From Gekko japonicus (Eukaryota): a stretch of 61,001 bases of DNA. The notes below the pieces were generated by a model that saw only the letters and a list, made by a program, of their open reading frames with translations, was not told where the DNA came from and ran no database searches. Numbering within the stretch: the first letter of the stretch is position 1; each line of letters begins with the position of its first letter. Of the stretch, positions 12,401 to 24,400 are shown piece by piece. The position numbers and the translations under genes are program-made. Location of the stretch: the NCBI RefSeq assembly GCF_001447785.1, contig NW_015174995.1, forward strand, positions 1 through 61,001, written 5' to 3'.

Positions 12401-15400
12401 GTCCACATAATAATTGAAAGACTGAAAGCATTGTGATTTTTATCTTAATCCTTCTTCTTTCTTTTTTTTACCAGAAAGAACTCCAAAAGTCACAGAACCC
12501 ACTGGTACGCAGCAGTTTTTAACATTATCTATTATGAGAAGAATTACAATTTTGTTGACAAATCTTAGTGATGGCTGTATGGATGGATAAGGTCTTTACC
12601 ATGCTTTCTGTCCAAATGAACCTGAAGTTAAGGTTCAGGAAACCTGCAGAAGAAGTTACTCAACCCATCATCAAGGACTGCGTGTCAGTAGGATTGTAAG
12701 ATGCAAGGGTAACTGCCCTTTTCATGTCCATCTTCCCCAGTGATTCAACAGTATGTCTGCAATGCATCTGAATGAATATCAGACTGAGAAACAAAGAGGT
12801 TATGTGTGTAAGATGAAATGGTGGCCTAAGCAGTGCTGCCAAGAGCCACATGGGGCCTCTGGATAAAGATTCTATCTTGGACCTCTTTGGACCCCAATCC
12901 AAACCATGTGCCTATTTTTGTAATTTTATTTTTGTACACATATACATATCTTTACCAATATAGGACACACTTCTTACATCTGATGAAGTAGGTCATGGTT
13001 TACAGAAACTTCATATTACAATAAATCTTTCGTATGTAACTCAGTAAGAAATATATTTAAGTTTAACCTTCGACATTTACCTAGCACAAAAGCAGGGGAA
13101 AATGGATTATGTGGTGGTGCTGGAGGAGAAGTATTGTGATCATTGGGATTTTCTAAAAAGATTATATCATTTATCATATAAAATGGTTTAACGTCTACAG
13201 TAGCAAAACAGCATTTACAAAAAAAATTAGCTGTTCCATCAATACAACAACAACTCCCTGCCTAAACAGTTTTTAAAACTTAATTATATCTAATTAAGGG
13301 GAGGAGGACTTCTAACTTCTGCTCCACATGTGTTAGGGCTGCCAAATCGGACCGGGGTGGGTGGCCCGATTTCCGCTGCGGCGGAATCGGGCCCTGGGGG
13401 AACCCCGCCCCCGGCGTGCACATCACTAGGTGATGTGGGCACGCCGGGCACGCTGGGGGCGGGGCCTCAGCCATACAAGGGAAAACTCCATAGAACATGC
13501 CTACATAACTTCTGGGTGACGTGCACGCAGTGCACGCGCACACTCACCCGACACCGGCCGGGAGCCCCCCACTCCTGGCGAAGACTGATTTGGCAACCCT
13601 AACGTGTGTAATCAGTAAAACATATTATCATTATATGACCATACACATACAGGGGGCATTCTTTTACTACTATGATAGATCATTCCCCCTGTTTCATATT
13701 ATCAACAAGAGTTTGCTGCTATACATATTCTGTTCTAAGCAGCCAGCCAGGGATGAGAATGAGTTGAGACCAAGGCTGAAAAATGGGGTGGGGTTAAAAG
13801 AGGAGAGATAAATGAAGGCATATCGTGAAAGGAAGAAAGGAAAATGATGGAGTTGGAAATTGTGGGAAAGATGAAATGTTTGTTTTATTTTCTACAACTA
13901 ATAGGGAATATTTGGGTGAGCAGACAAAACTGTGGAGGTGGGTGGAAGGAAAGGAAGGAAACAGACAGGAGGAGACAAGAACCCTTTTAGGATGCTGCAG
14001 CCTGGCAATAACTGTAGTGGCCATGACCTGTGCTGGCTGGTCTTGCTGCAATGCTGGCTTGATGAATGGGTTTAGCAGGATACTGAAGTGTTTGCCTCTT
14101 TGCGGTAAACTTTGCAGAAAGGTACCATGAGGAGAAAGCACATCTGATTCTGTTTATTTCCCTGCACCCCTAGTGGCTGCAACACAGAACTGCATTAGAA
14201 GTAATCTGAATACAGCTTGATGCTGACTTCTAGGGGCCACCAGCTAACTTGGTTTGGGCCCTGGGGATTTTGTCTCCCCAGTCTCCCTTTCTCGGTGGCC
14301 TTGGTCTTAATATGTGCCACGATTATTTGGAACTGTATATGACATCAGTCTGTTATACAAATAGCCTACACTTGTAGAGCTGTCCATGTTTGAATCTACC
14401 CCCTTGAATGTCAGGCATACATACTCGTATTCCTGGCAGAAGTGTAGCACTTCACTGGGGAGATTCCCAGAAATAAATATACTGAAGAGAGAATGAAAAT
14501 TCAAATCTTTATTTTGAAAAATTGTGATTAGGAAAGCAGAAGAGAAACAGAGAATCATATTCTTTCTCCCTCAACACACACACACACATGGAGTAAACCC
14601 TAACACCTAAACAGCTGCTAATGCTTGAGTATTGCAACAATCATAAAAGGGAATAAAAGGAGGTGGCAAAATAAAAACATATGACTCTTTCCTGGTTGAA
14701 GCCCTAGAGGGTCTGGAGAGATGGAGAAGAAAAACAACACATTCTGAGTGTCAGGTGATATCAAAAGCTGACAGAATGAAAAGAATGCGGGGTGGAGACT
14801 GAGACTGGAGACTTAGGGCATAGGGGAAGAAGGTGGATGCTATGAAAAATGACTGCAAAAATGGGGTTTGAGGGGCAATATTTATACAGAATGTGAAAGA
14901 ATGGGTCCGCTCTGGCCTGCAGGCCCTGTTCCATCCTGCCCTCCAAGGTTTTACCTAACACCTGGAGAGGCTTTTCTTTCTCTCTTGGGTAACCACTGCC
15001 ACCACTGGACCTTTGTAAGGAATTGCCCACTGGGAGGGTCAGGACCCCCAGCTTCCCTTCATAGTTCTGAGGCCTTGCCTCTGTGTCTCCCACTGCCCAG
15101 TGCTTGGTCACCATGGGGACCACTTACTGCCTTGTGCACCCCTGGATAAATAGCCACTCGCCAATTGACTGCCTTTCCCCTGGTGCTCCTTTTAAAATGG
15201 CATGTCCAAGACAGTGGAAGTCTATGTGGTACAGAGAACCACTTCCAACATCAAAAATTATAACGCATTTATTAAAAAGAAAATGTTCACAAACATACTT
15301 TTAGCACAGCACCAGATTGAGCAAGGGATTAAAAAGAAATGGGTAAAATGCAGTTCCTCTGTCCTTCTCTCTGTACATGCCCTATCAGATGATAAAACAT

Positions 15401-18400
15401 AGGACAGGCTCTTTATTTTAGGATGTTGCAGATTACAGAGTTTCTATTACCTTGCAGCTTCCTTCAGCTCTTCAGGCCAGCACATGGTTAACGTCTACCT
15501 CCTCCAGACCTCTGCTCTGGTGGACTCAGCAGCAAAAGAGAGCTTCCTTCTTGCTCCCCTGAATTTTATCACCTCTCTTTTCCCCACCCACTTACCAGGT
15601 CAGGCTGGTTTATAGAAGCTTTTCCTGAAGATTCTTCCTGGAGTTCCTTCCTGAAGTCTCTCTAGTATTTAATTCCTCCAAATCTCTGTTCCCTGCTTGG
15701 AGGGGGGGACTGTACCCTCCTATTGTGTCTAGCTAGATCTTAGCATTTTTAAGAGGTAGCTGAGGTGAGCCTGGAAAGCCATTGACCGACTTCCTCTGTT
15801 CTCTGCCCAGAGAGAGATAATAATAATAATAATTTTTTTAAAAAAAAACACACACAAAGTGAAGGTTTTGCTCATTTCAACCTTCAAAGAAAAAAAATCA
15901 TTTCTTCACACAGAAAAGAAGCTAAAAGTGAGACACTGGAGATGCTCCGAGGCCAAGATTGTGTTGAAGCCAAAAAAAATAGAATTCTATTGATCAATTT
16001 GGATTTTGGAATTTCAGATAGTTGTGTCTGAGGAAATTATGTGTTTACTATAAAGGTGATCATCAAATGGATCCTTTTGTGCATTAGGCTAAATGATGGA
16101 GACATTGCTGGACCTTTAAAAGGGAAGATGGCTGATATCCCTGGTCTCACTTGTGACTAGGTTTCGAGGGAACTCTGTATTGTAAAGTAGATTCCTGGAT
16201 GGTCCTATAAGGTAATTTAGTGTCCAGCAAACCTTGATGTTTAACTATGGCCTGAATTTTGATTATCATTCAGGAAGTCAAAGAAAAGAAATATTCTCAA
16301 GAGAGTGTTTATGCCCCGAGNNNNNNNNNNNNNNNNNNNNNNNNNNNNNNNNNNNNNNNNNNGAACTCAGTTTCTTTGTTTAATATCAAACATGGATTCA
16401 GGAACCATAGGGCCTGAGAAGTCATGAAGGTGACCCAAAAACATGGCTCCCCACTCAGGATTGCTTTCAGTGTTTCAAGACTTACCATATATCTTTCTCT
16501 TATTTACTGCCACAGATTAAAGGAAAGATTGAAAGTGTTGTGATTTTTGTGTTAAACATTCTTCTCCTTCTTTTTCCAGAAACAACCAAGGCAGTCAAAA
16601 AGCCCAAGGAAATGATGCTGCTCTTCCCATTGAGGACAGCAGGTCTGTGGTATTGACGTATGGGAGGGCAATTGTTAATTTCCTGCTCACCTTTTGCAGT
16701 AGTTCAGTAGAAGGCCAGCAAATGATCTGAATAAATATCAGGCTGAGAAACAGATGAGTATAAGACCATGAGCTATCCTAAACTAAACCAGGATCATTTG
16801 GAACTGGATAGGATATCAGAAATACTGTAACATTTCATCTTATTCACTACTTTTCTGTGTAATTAAGGGACACAAAGATACAGCTGATATGCTTCAGGCC
16901 ATGGGGTATCAAGTTGATGCAGAATCCTTTGCAACTGGATAGAACATAAGAGATACCTGATATCTTCATTGTCTTTTCATGTAGCTCAGGTACACAGCAT
17001 CCATTCTTCTGCTGACTATATGAAAGCATCGAGGACATTAAAAAATGCAACAAAACACAGGGTTTTTTTTAGAATGTATCACTCATTGTTTCTGTTTCTT
17101 CTTGCGCCTCATTATTTATTCCTGTAAGAACCATCCACAGTTATTGGTGCACCAAAATGTCAGCTGGTAAGGAGAAATATTGGCCACATATGACAGGACA
17201 GATTGAAACCATTGTGATGTTCATCTTACATATTGATCTTCTGTCTTTTTTGTTAGAAACAACCACAGCAATCACAGAACACACTGGTAAGAAGCAATTT
17301 TACCACATCCATGAAGTGAACACTTTGGATTTTGTAAAAAATTGGATGGATGGGTGGATGGACTGATAGACGGATGGGCAGATGGACATATAGAGTTGTA
17401 CCCCATTTCCTCTAAAAAGTAATTCAAGGGTTAGATTCAGGAAACCTACACAAGAAGGTACACAACTACTCATGGAGATCAGCACTCCATGTTATTGCAC
17501 TGTGGAAAGGAATGGCCCATTTCCTGCCCTAATTCTCAAGTAGTACTGCCAAAGGTTTGCTACTCATCTGTATAAATATCAGAAAGAGAAAATACAGCTC
17601 AAGTGTATTTGATCATGGGATGTCCTAAGTTGCACAGTATGAAAACCTGGTGCTTTTTTGTTGTTTTTTTAGTGTGTGTTTCTGCATCTACTTACTCCTT
17701 GTTTTTTTCTTCCTATTAGAACCACACATAGCTTCTGAGGAATCCGCATCAGTTGGTAAGGAGAAATGTTGCTGACATTCTAAAGTAAAGATTGAAAGAG
17801 CTGTAATTTTCGTTTTACAAATTCTTCTTTCTTTTTGCCAGAAATGGAATTCCCTGCATTAATGCCAACAATCACTTCACCTCAGCATGCTGGATTCAAA
17901 GGAAGTATGAGGCCTTATTGGGTATTTCCCCTGAATAGCAGCCAATAGGGAACCATGTCTTTCCCAAGCAAAGTTTTGCTGCTGACCTACCCTTTAGTCA
18001 TCATGGGATTAGCCTTTGGAGCCAAGCAGGATATTGAGGGAGCATTTTTTTCACCTATTTCATGATGTCATTGTGGAATGTAATCTTAAATAGGCATGGT
18101 CATAACTAGTGTGACAGAGATTTGGTGGGCTGATCAGGATAGGTAGGGATGATCAGCAAGCAAAGAAGGGGTCCAAATCAGTACTAACAACTGAAATAGA
18201 AACTCTTTTCTTTATTGTTGACCATGATCAAAGAAAACATCTGTTCTTAACAAAGTTCAAGATGCTGATAACTTTACAGACAAAAGCATCTCTCTGTATA
18301 ATAATTCTGTTCTGGTCATGGACTCTACTGAACATTCCACATACTCCCAAATCAGTTCGCTCCCTGATCTGTCACTCAGAAGCTGTCCCTATCCACTGGC

Positions 18401-21400
18401 TGTGTTGCCTGAGTCTCGCCTCCAATATTCTAAACAGTTTGCTCTTCCTCTCCCCCCAATAGCCAGTCAGAACACAGAGGTCATTTGCATATGCGGCCTC
18501 ATTGGCCTTTGCCTCTAACATTCTAAACAGTTTGTTGTTGCTGTTGGGAGTCATTGGATGTGTCCTGAGGTAAAATACATATCCCAATTTTCCCTTAAAC
18601 TATCACTGGAGTTGCCAAAATACATATCCCAATCTTCCCTTAAATGGTCACTAGAGTTGCCAATCTCCCTGTGGGGCCTGGAGATCTCCCAGAAATCACC
18701 GTGTTCCCCAGCCACAGCACATCATTTCCCCTACAGAAAATTTCCCAGCTATTACAATGGCTGCTTTGGGCAGTGGACTCTATGGCATTATACCCTGCTG
18801 AAGTCCCTCCACACCCAAAACCTACTCCTCAAATCTACAGGTGTGGCCCTCCCCTTAGTATTGCCAGCCTCCAGGCAGCACCTGGAGATCTCCAAGATCA
18901 GTTCTCCTGGAGAAAATGGCTGTTTGGGCAATGAACTCTATGCAATTATACCCTGCTGAGGTCCCTCCACACCCCAAATCCTGCCCTCTCCAGGTTCTAC
19001 CCCTCAAATCTACAGGTGTGGCCCTCCCTTAGTATTGCCAGCCTCCAGGCAGCACCTGGAGATCTCCAAGATCAGTTCTCCTGGAGAAAAGGGCTGCTTT
19101 GGGTGATGGACTCTATGGAATTATATCCTGCTGAGGTCCTGTATAGGTTTCTGCCCCTCAAGCCTGTCCAGGTATGAGAGGGAATCCTACACTTTTTCAA
19201 TACATTTAACAACAACCCAGAGAGGTAGGCTACCCTCTCTGGATTCAGAACAATATGCCACCAGAATCCCTTTTTAACTAGTCCCGGCTTTTCCCCAAGG
19301 GAGGGATTCTAAACCTTTAGGTTAGCGTCTGGGACAGAACACATTGAATAACTCAATACAGAGCTGCACTCTTAATATTACAAAGGTAGCTTATATGGTG
19401 AGCTGAAGGCACAGGAAGTTTAGCCTTGGAATCCCAGTTACAACATCAAAGACAATTTAGAGCAAGAATACTATTTTATTCAGTTCAGAGTTTAGCACAG
19501 ACTAAGAGATTACAAAATAAGAAACCTAAGGCAGTTTGCCTTAACTACACATTAGAGATATGCATAATTACCAGTGCAGGGTCCATGTTCCAAGTGTGTC
19601 CAAAGGATACAGTTCATTTAGGTACAAAGGTATTTTGAAGGGATAGCCCATCCTTGCCCTCCATGCACTCTAAGGCACAAAGCAGTCCTTTGTCTCTTCC
19701 AGAGAGCACATGTCCAGGTGCAATAAACAGGCAAGAACAGGGGACCAAGAAGCAAGAGCAGAACAAGAGCAAGGGACAGAGAGAGTCCCTCCCATTGGCC
19801 CCAGGCTCTACCCCTCAGATCTACAGGTCTGGCCCTCCCCTTAGTATTGCCAGCCCCCAGGCAGCACCGGGAGATCTCCAGATTAGTTCTCCTGGAGAAA
19901 ATGGCTGCTTTAGGCAATGGACTTTATGTAATTATACCCTGCTGAGGTCCCTCAGCACTCCAAACCCAGCGCTCCCCAGGCTCTACCCCTCAGATCTACA
20001 GGTGTGGCCCTCCCCTTAGTATTGCCAGCCTTCTGGCAGCACATGGAGATCTCCAAGATCAGTTCTCCTGGAGAGAATGGCTGCTTTGGGCCATGGACTC
20101 TATGGAATTATACCCTGCTGAGGTCCCTCTGCACCCCAAACCGTACCCTCCCCAGGCTCTACCCCTCAAATCTACAGGTATTTCCCAACCCAGAGTTGGC
20201 AACCCTGTACCTGGCTATGGAACCGCTTTCCAGACCCTTGGAACCCTGAAGACATGGCATAGGAAGAGGTGCTTTTCTACCTTAGGTGCCACTGCATAAC
20301 CCCAAATCAACATAAGTTAGAGGTGGAGGGAACCATACCTGTTATCATGAGGCTGTCCTCCCATACTACCCACTTGGGGCAGCAAAATGACTTGAGACAG
20401 CCCTGCCTTATAGCTAAGCAGAAGGAAATAAACATGGCTTGCCTCCCTCTATTTTCCCCTTCCCTCTGCTGCCCCACCAGCCACAGTCGGGACACTCACC
20501 TGGAGCTTCCTTCTGGAGCTCGTTGTATTTTTCCCCATAATGAGCCTTACTCCTAGTAAGCATATATAGGCAAAGTGACATCAGAATCTTGCAGAACTGT
20601 TACACCAATTACACAATGACAACTCAATACTACACCAAAGTTCAGCCAATAGAAAAGCAATCTGTACTTCCTTCTTAACATGCTTTTAAGAATATTACTA
20701 CTTTATCTATGGTACACTACAAGTGCAACATAAACTGCTGACTACTATAGTTAAAGAAAATAGGATCTATGTTAAAGATTAGTTTAGGCTAGTTTGACCT
20801 ATGTGGCAAGGAGTGTGAATTTTTGGACTTCAACTAAAAACACAGAAAACAGTGCTGGCACATCTCAATAGTGTAGCCTTCATAGACATGGCTACACTAC
20901 GGCTCAGTCATATTTCACCTTTTTCCCCTTCAAAGGCCAGCAGAAGATGCTGGCCAGGTTTAGAGTCAGGGTGGGTCTAGCAGCTAGGACAGCCCACCCA
21001 ATTAAACATGTTAACATATTTAATATTATATTTATTTATATATTAAACTTTTAAAGGCTCAGGGTGGTGAACAACAATAAAACACATTCATAAATTAGTA
21101 AGACAATTTAAAACAGTGAGATAATATGCAATTAAAACATTTCCAGATGGTGCTAAAAGACTTCAGATTGTGCCACTGCCTCGTGAGGGAATGCAGGAAA
21201 TGGAGGGGGGGTGCCAGACAGGGTGGAACCCATTGCTGTCCTCAACCAAAAGCCTGGCAGAACATTTCTTATATTTATACCCCGCCCTCCCAGACAAGGC
21301 CGGCTCAGGGCAGCTTAAGGAAAAGAATAAAAACAACAATAAGTAATTTAAATAATCCTAAAAACATATAAACAATTCCAACATTAAGAGGTGCTAACAG

Positions 21401-24400
21401 ATGGTGATCCTAATAAGTTATTAAAAGATTAACCATTTAAAATTAAATTTAAGATGGCAGTCAACCTTCATTATACCATCCTAGTGGTTGACCCAGATCT
21501 AAAATTGTGCGGCTGGCACAGGCTGTTTTGATGACTTCAGGGAACATGGATCTCCCTTGGGGGAGCTCCATCTTGCAGGCCCTGCAGAACTGCATAAGGT
21601 CCCACAGGGCCCCGATCTCCTCTGGAAGCTCATTCCACCAGAGAGGAGCCACCACTAAGAAAGCCCTGGTTCTGGTTATAGCCAGCCTGGCATCCTTTGG
21701 TCCGGGAAGGATCAGTCGATGCTGGGACCCTGATTGCAGTGCTCTCTGGGGAACATGTGGGGAAAGGCAGTTCCTCAGGTATGTAGGTCCATGACTATAA
21801 ATGGCTTTAAAGGAAAGAACCAGCACCTTAAAACGAATTTGATATGCTATCGGTAGCCAGTGCAATGCCTTCAGCCTTGCAAAACTGCATTAGGTCCTGC
21901 AGGGCATGGATGTTATTTGGCAGAGAGTTCCACCAGGTTGGGGCCAGGGCCAAAAAGGCCCTGGCTCTGGTTGAGGCAAGCTGGATGTCTTTCAGGCTGG
22001 GGATCACCAGTAGGTTCTTCTTGGCAGAGCATAGTCCCAGACTATTTAGGGCCTCAAAGGTTAATACAAGAACCTTGAACGTGACCTGGTACTCCACCTG
22101 GAACCAGTGCAGCTGGCACAGCACTGGTTGAATATGTGCTGTTCGTGGTGTTCCGGTAAGGACCCACACCACTGCATTCTGGATCAGCTACAGTTTCCAG
22201 GTCAGTCTCAAGGGTAGCCCTGTGTAGAGTGAGCTATAGTGGTCCAGTCTGTAGGCGACCGTTGCATGGATTACTGTGGCCAGGTCGGGGCTAATCTATG
22301 ACATAGATCAGCTTAATTATTAAATAAACTAGTTAAATCCAAGCTGTTGTCTCAAGTCTTCATTTGATGGGTACCTGGGGCAAACAATCATGACAATCAG
22401 AAAACCCACTAATAAGAAGCAGTTTTTTATCACATCCATAAAATAACAGTTTGTAGATCATTGCAAAATACTGTTTACAGTTGGATGGAGAGGTACACAG
22501 ATGGAGGGATGGACTCCGTTTTCTCTCCAAAGATGGAGGGATGGATTCCATTCCCTCCACAAAGGAACTCAAGAGTAAGGCTCAGGAAATCTGCATAACT
22601 AGTTCATCAACATCTCATGGAGGTCAGCACATCTTTTGTATTGTACTATGGGAGGGGAACTGCCCATTCCCTGCCTTCCTCCCCAGTGATTCAGCAAAGG
22701 CCTGCAACTCATCTGAATAAATGTCAGGCTGAGAAAGAAAGAACTGATATTTATCAGATCATGTCATGTCCTAAGTTGAACCAGGACCCTTTAGAACTGG
22801 ATAGGACATCAGAGATACCTTATATCTTCCCCTTATACACTGCCTTTAGTTGTTATTAAGCTGCTCTGAAAGCATTCTCCTGACCACTATATTAAAATCA
22901 TAAGGAATGAAAAATAAGCCCAAATGCATGAAAACCTGTATTTTTAAAGCATGTATCACTCACTTTTCCTGCATCCTCTTACTCCTTGTTTTTCCTTTTT
23001 CTCAGAACCAGGAATAGCTAAAGACGAATCCACATCAGCTGGTAAGGAGAAATTTTTGCCACTCATGTTAGTAAAGACTGAGAGACCTGTGATTTTCATG
23101 TTATGTCTTCTTTTTTGTCAGAAAAAACTATGGCTGCCATCTCTAGGTCCTACTTGGGGCCCGCCCATGGGGGAGAAAAAGTGGAGTTCCACAGAAGGAT
23201 AGGCATGGGTCACCAGCCTTTCCGTCCAGTAATGAAAAACAAGCCAGGTAGGTTCCAGCTCACAGCCTTTCTATTGGAATGCTCATATTGCTATTGTTTC
23301 CAGATGAGTTCCCTCACTCCTTGGTCAGCCACCTAGTTTCTTTTCATCTGCACGCTGTTGAGTCTACCTGTTCCCAGTTCTCCCAACTCCCCTCTGACTA
23401 TTAGCTTTGGCTGATCAGATCCATGGGGAAAGGCACCAACCCTCCCTCAACCCTGGTGTTCCCTCCAGCCCAATGAGATATCTTCCCCCCTTTTTGCCAC
23501 TGTCACCCCAATTACCCATCTGAATTCCACATGATGACACTCTGGCCACACCCTAGCTACCAGCTTAACCTTTTTCCGGGTGTGTACATCCCTGTCCATA
23601 GACATTCCTTCAAGGTCCAGCCTAACCCCCTTGGTCACAATGTCCATCATAGAACCCACTGGTAAGAAGCAGTTTTTTACATCTATTATAAGAATACTTC
23701 AGATTTCTTGTGGCACTAGAGAAAATATGTGAGCAGATTATCCCATGACTATTGAGCTTACTTAGGAGCCTTTGATGAGGAACTTCATCAAAAGCTTTCT
23801 GGAAGTCAAGGTAAACAACATCTATTGGGTCTCCCTTGTCCACATGTTTGTTCACCTCCTCAAAGACCATTGACAGGTTAGTGAGACAAGATCGTCCCTT
23901 ACAGAACCCATGCTGAGTCTGCCTCAATAGTTTTTGTTCATCAATGTGCCTACCACCAACTTACCCGGTATTGATATCAGACTGACTGGCCTGTAATTTC
24001 CTGGATCTCCTCTGGAACCCTTTGTAAAGATGGGAGTGACATTAGCTACCTTCCAGTCCTGGAGGCAGATTTTAAGGAAAGATTACATATTTTTGTCAGG
24101 AGATCCACAAGTTCACATTTGAGTTCTGGGCCTGGTGATTTATCAGTTTTTTAGTTGTCCATCAGTCGTAGGACCTTCTTTCTCGTCACCTCAATCTGAC
24201 TCAGGTCTTTCAACACCCCACTGTTCCCAAGCGTTTTGGGTTTGTTTGGGTTTTTTGTCTTGTCTGTTGTTCACTGAGCGAGCTCTGTTTGCTTGGGGCT
24301 TATTGCAGGCCCCACCCCCCTGCTTTTGCTGCTGGGAAGCGGGGCTGTAAGGCTTCTCCTAAGCAGAGGTGCTAGCCTTTGGTGTGAGCCCAAGGGTGAC

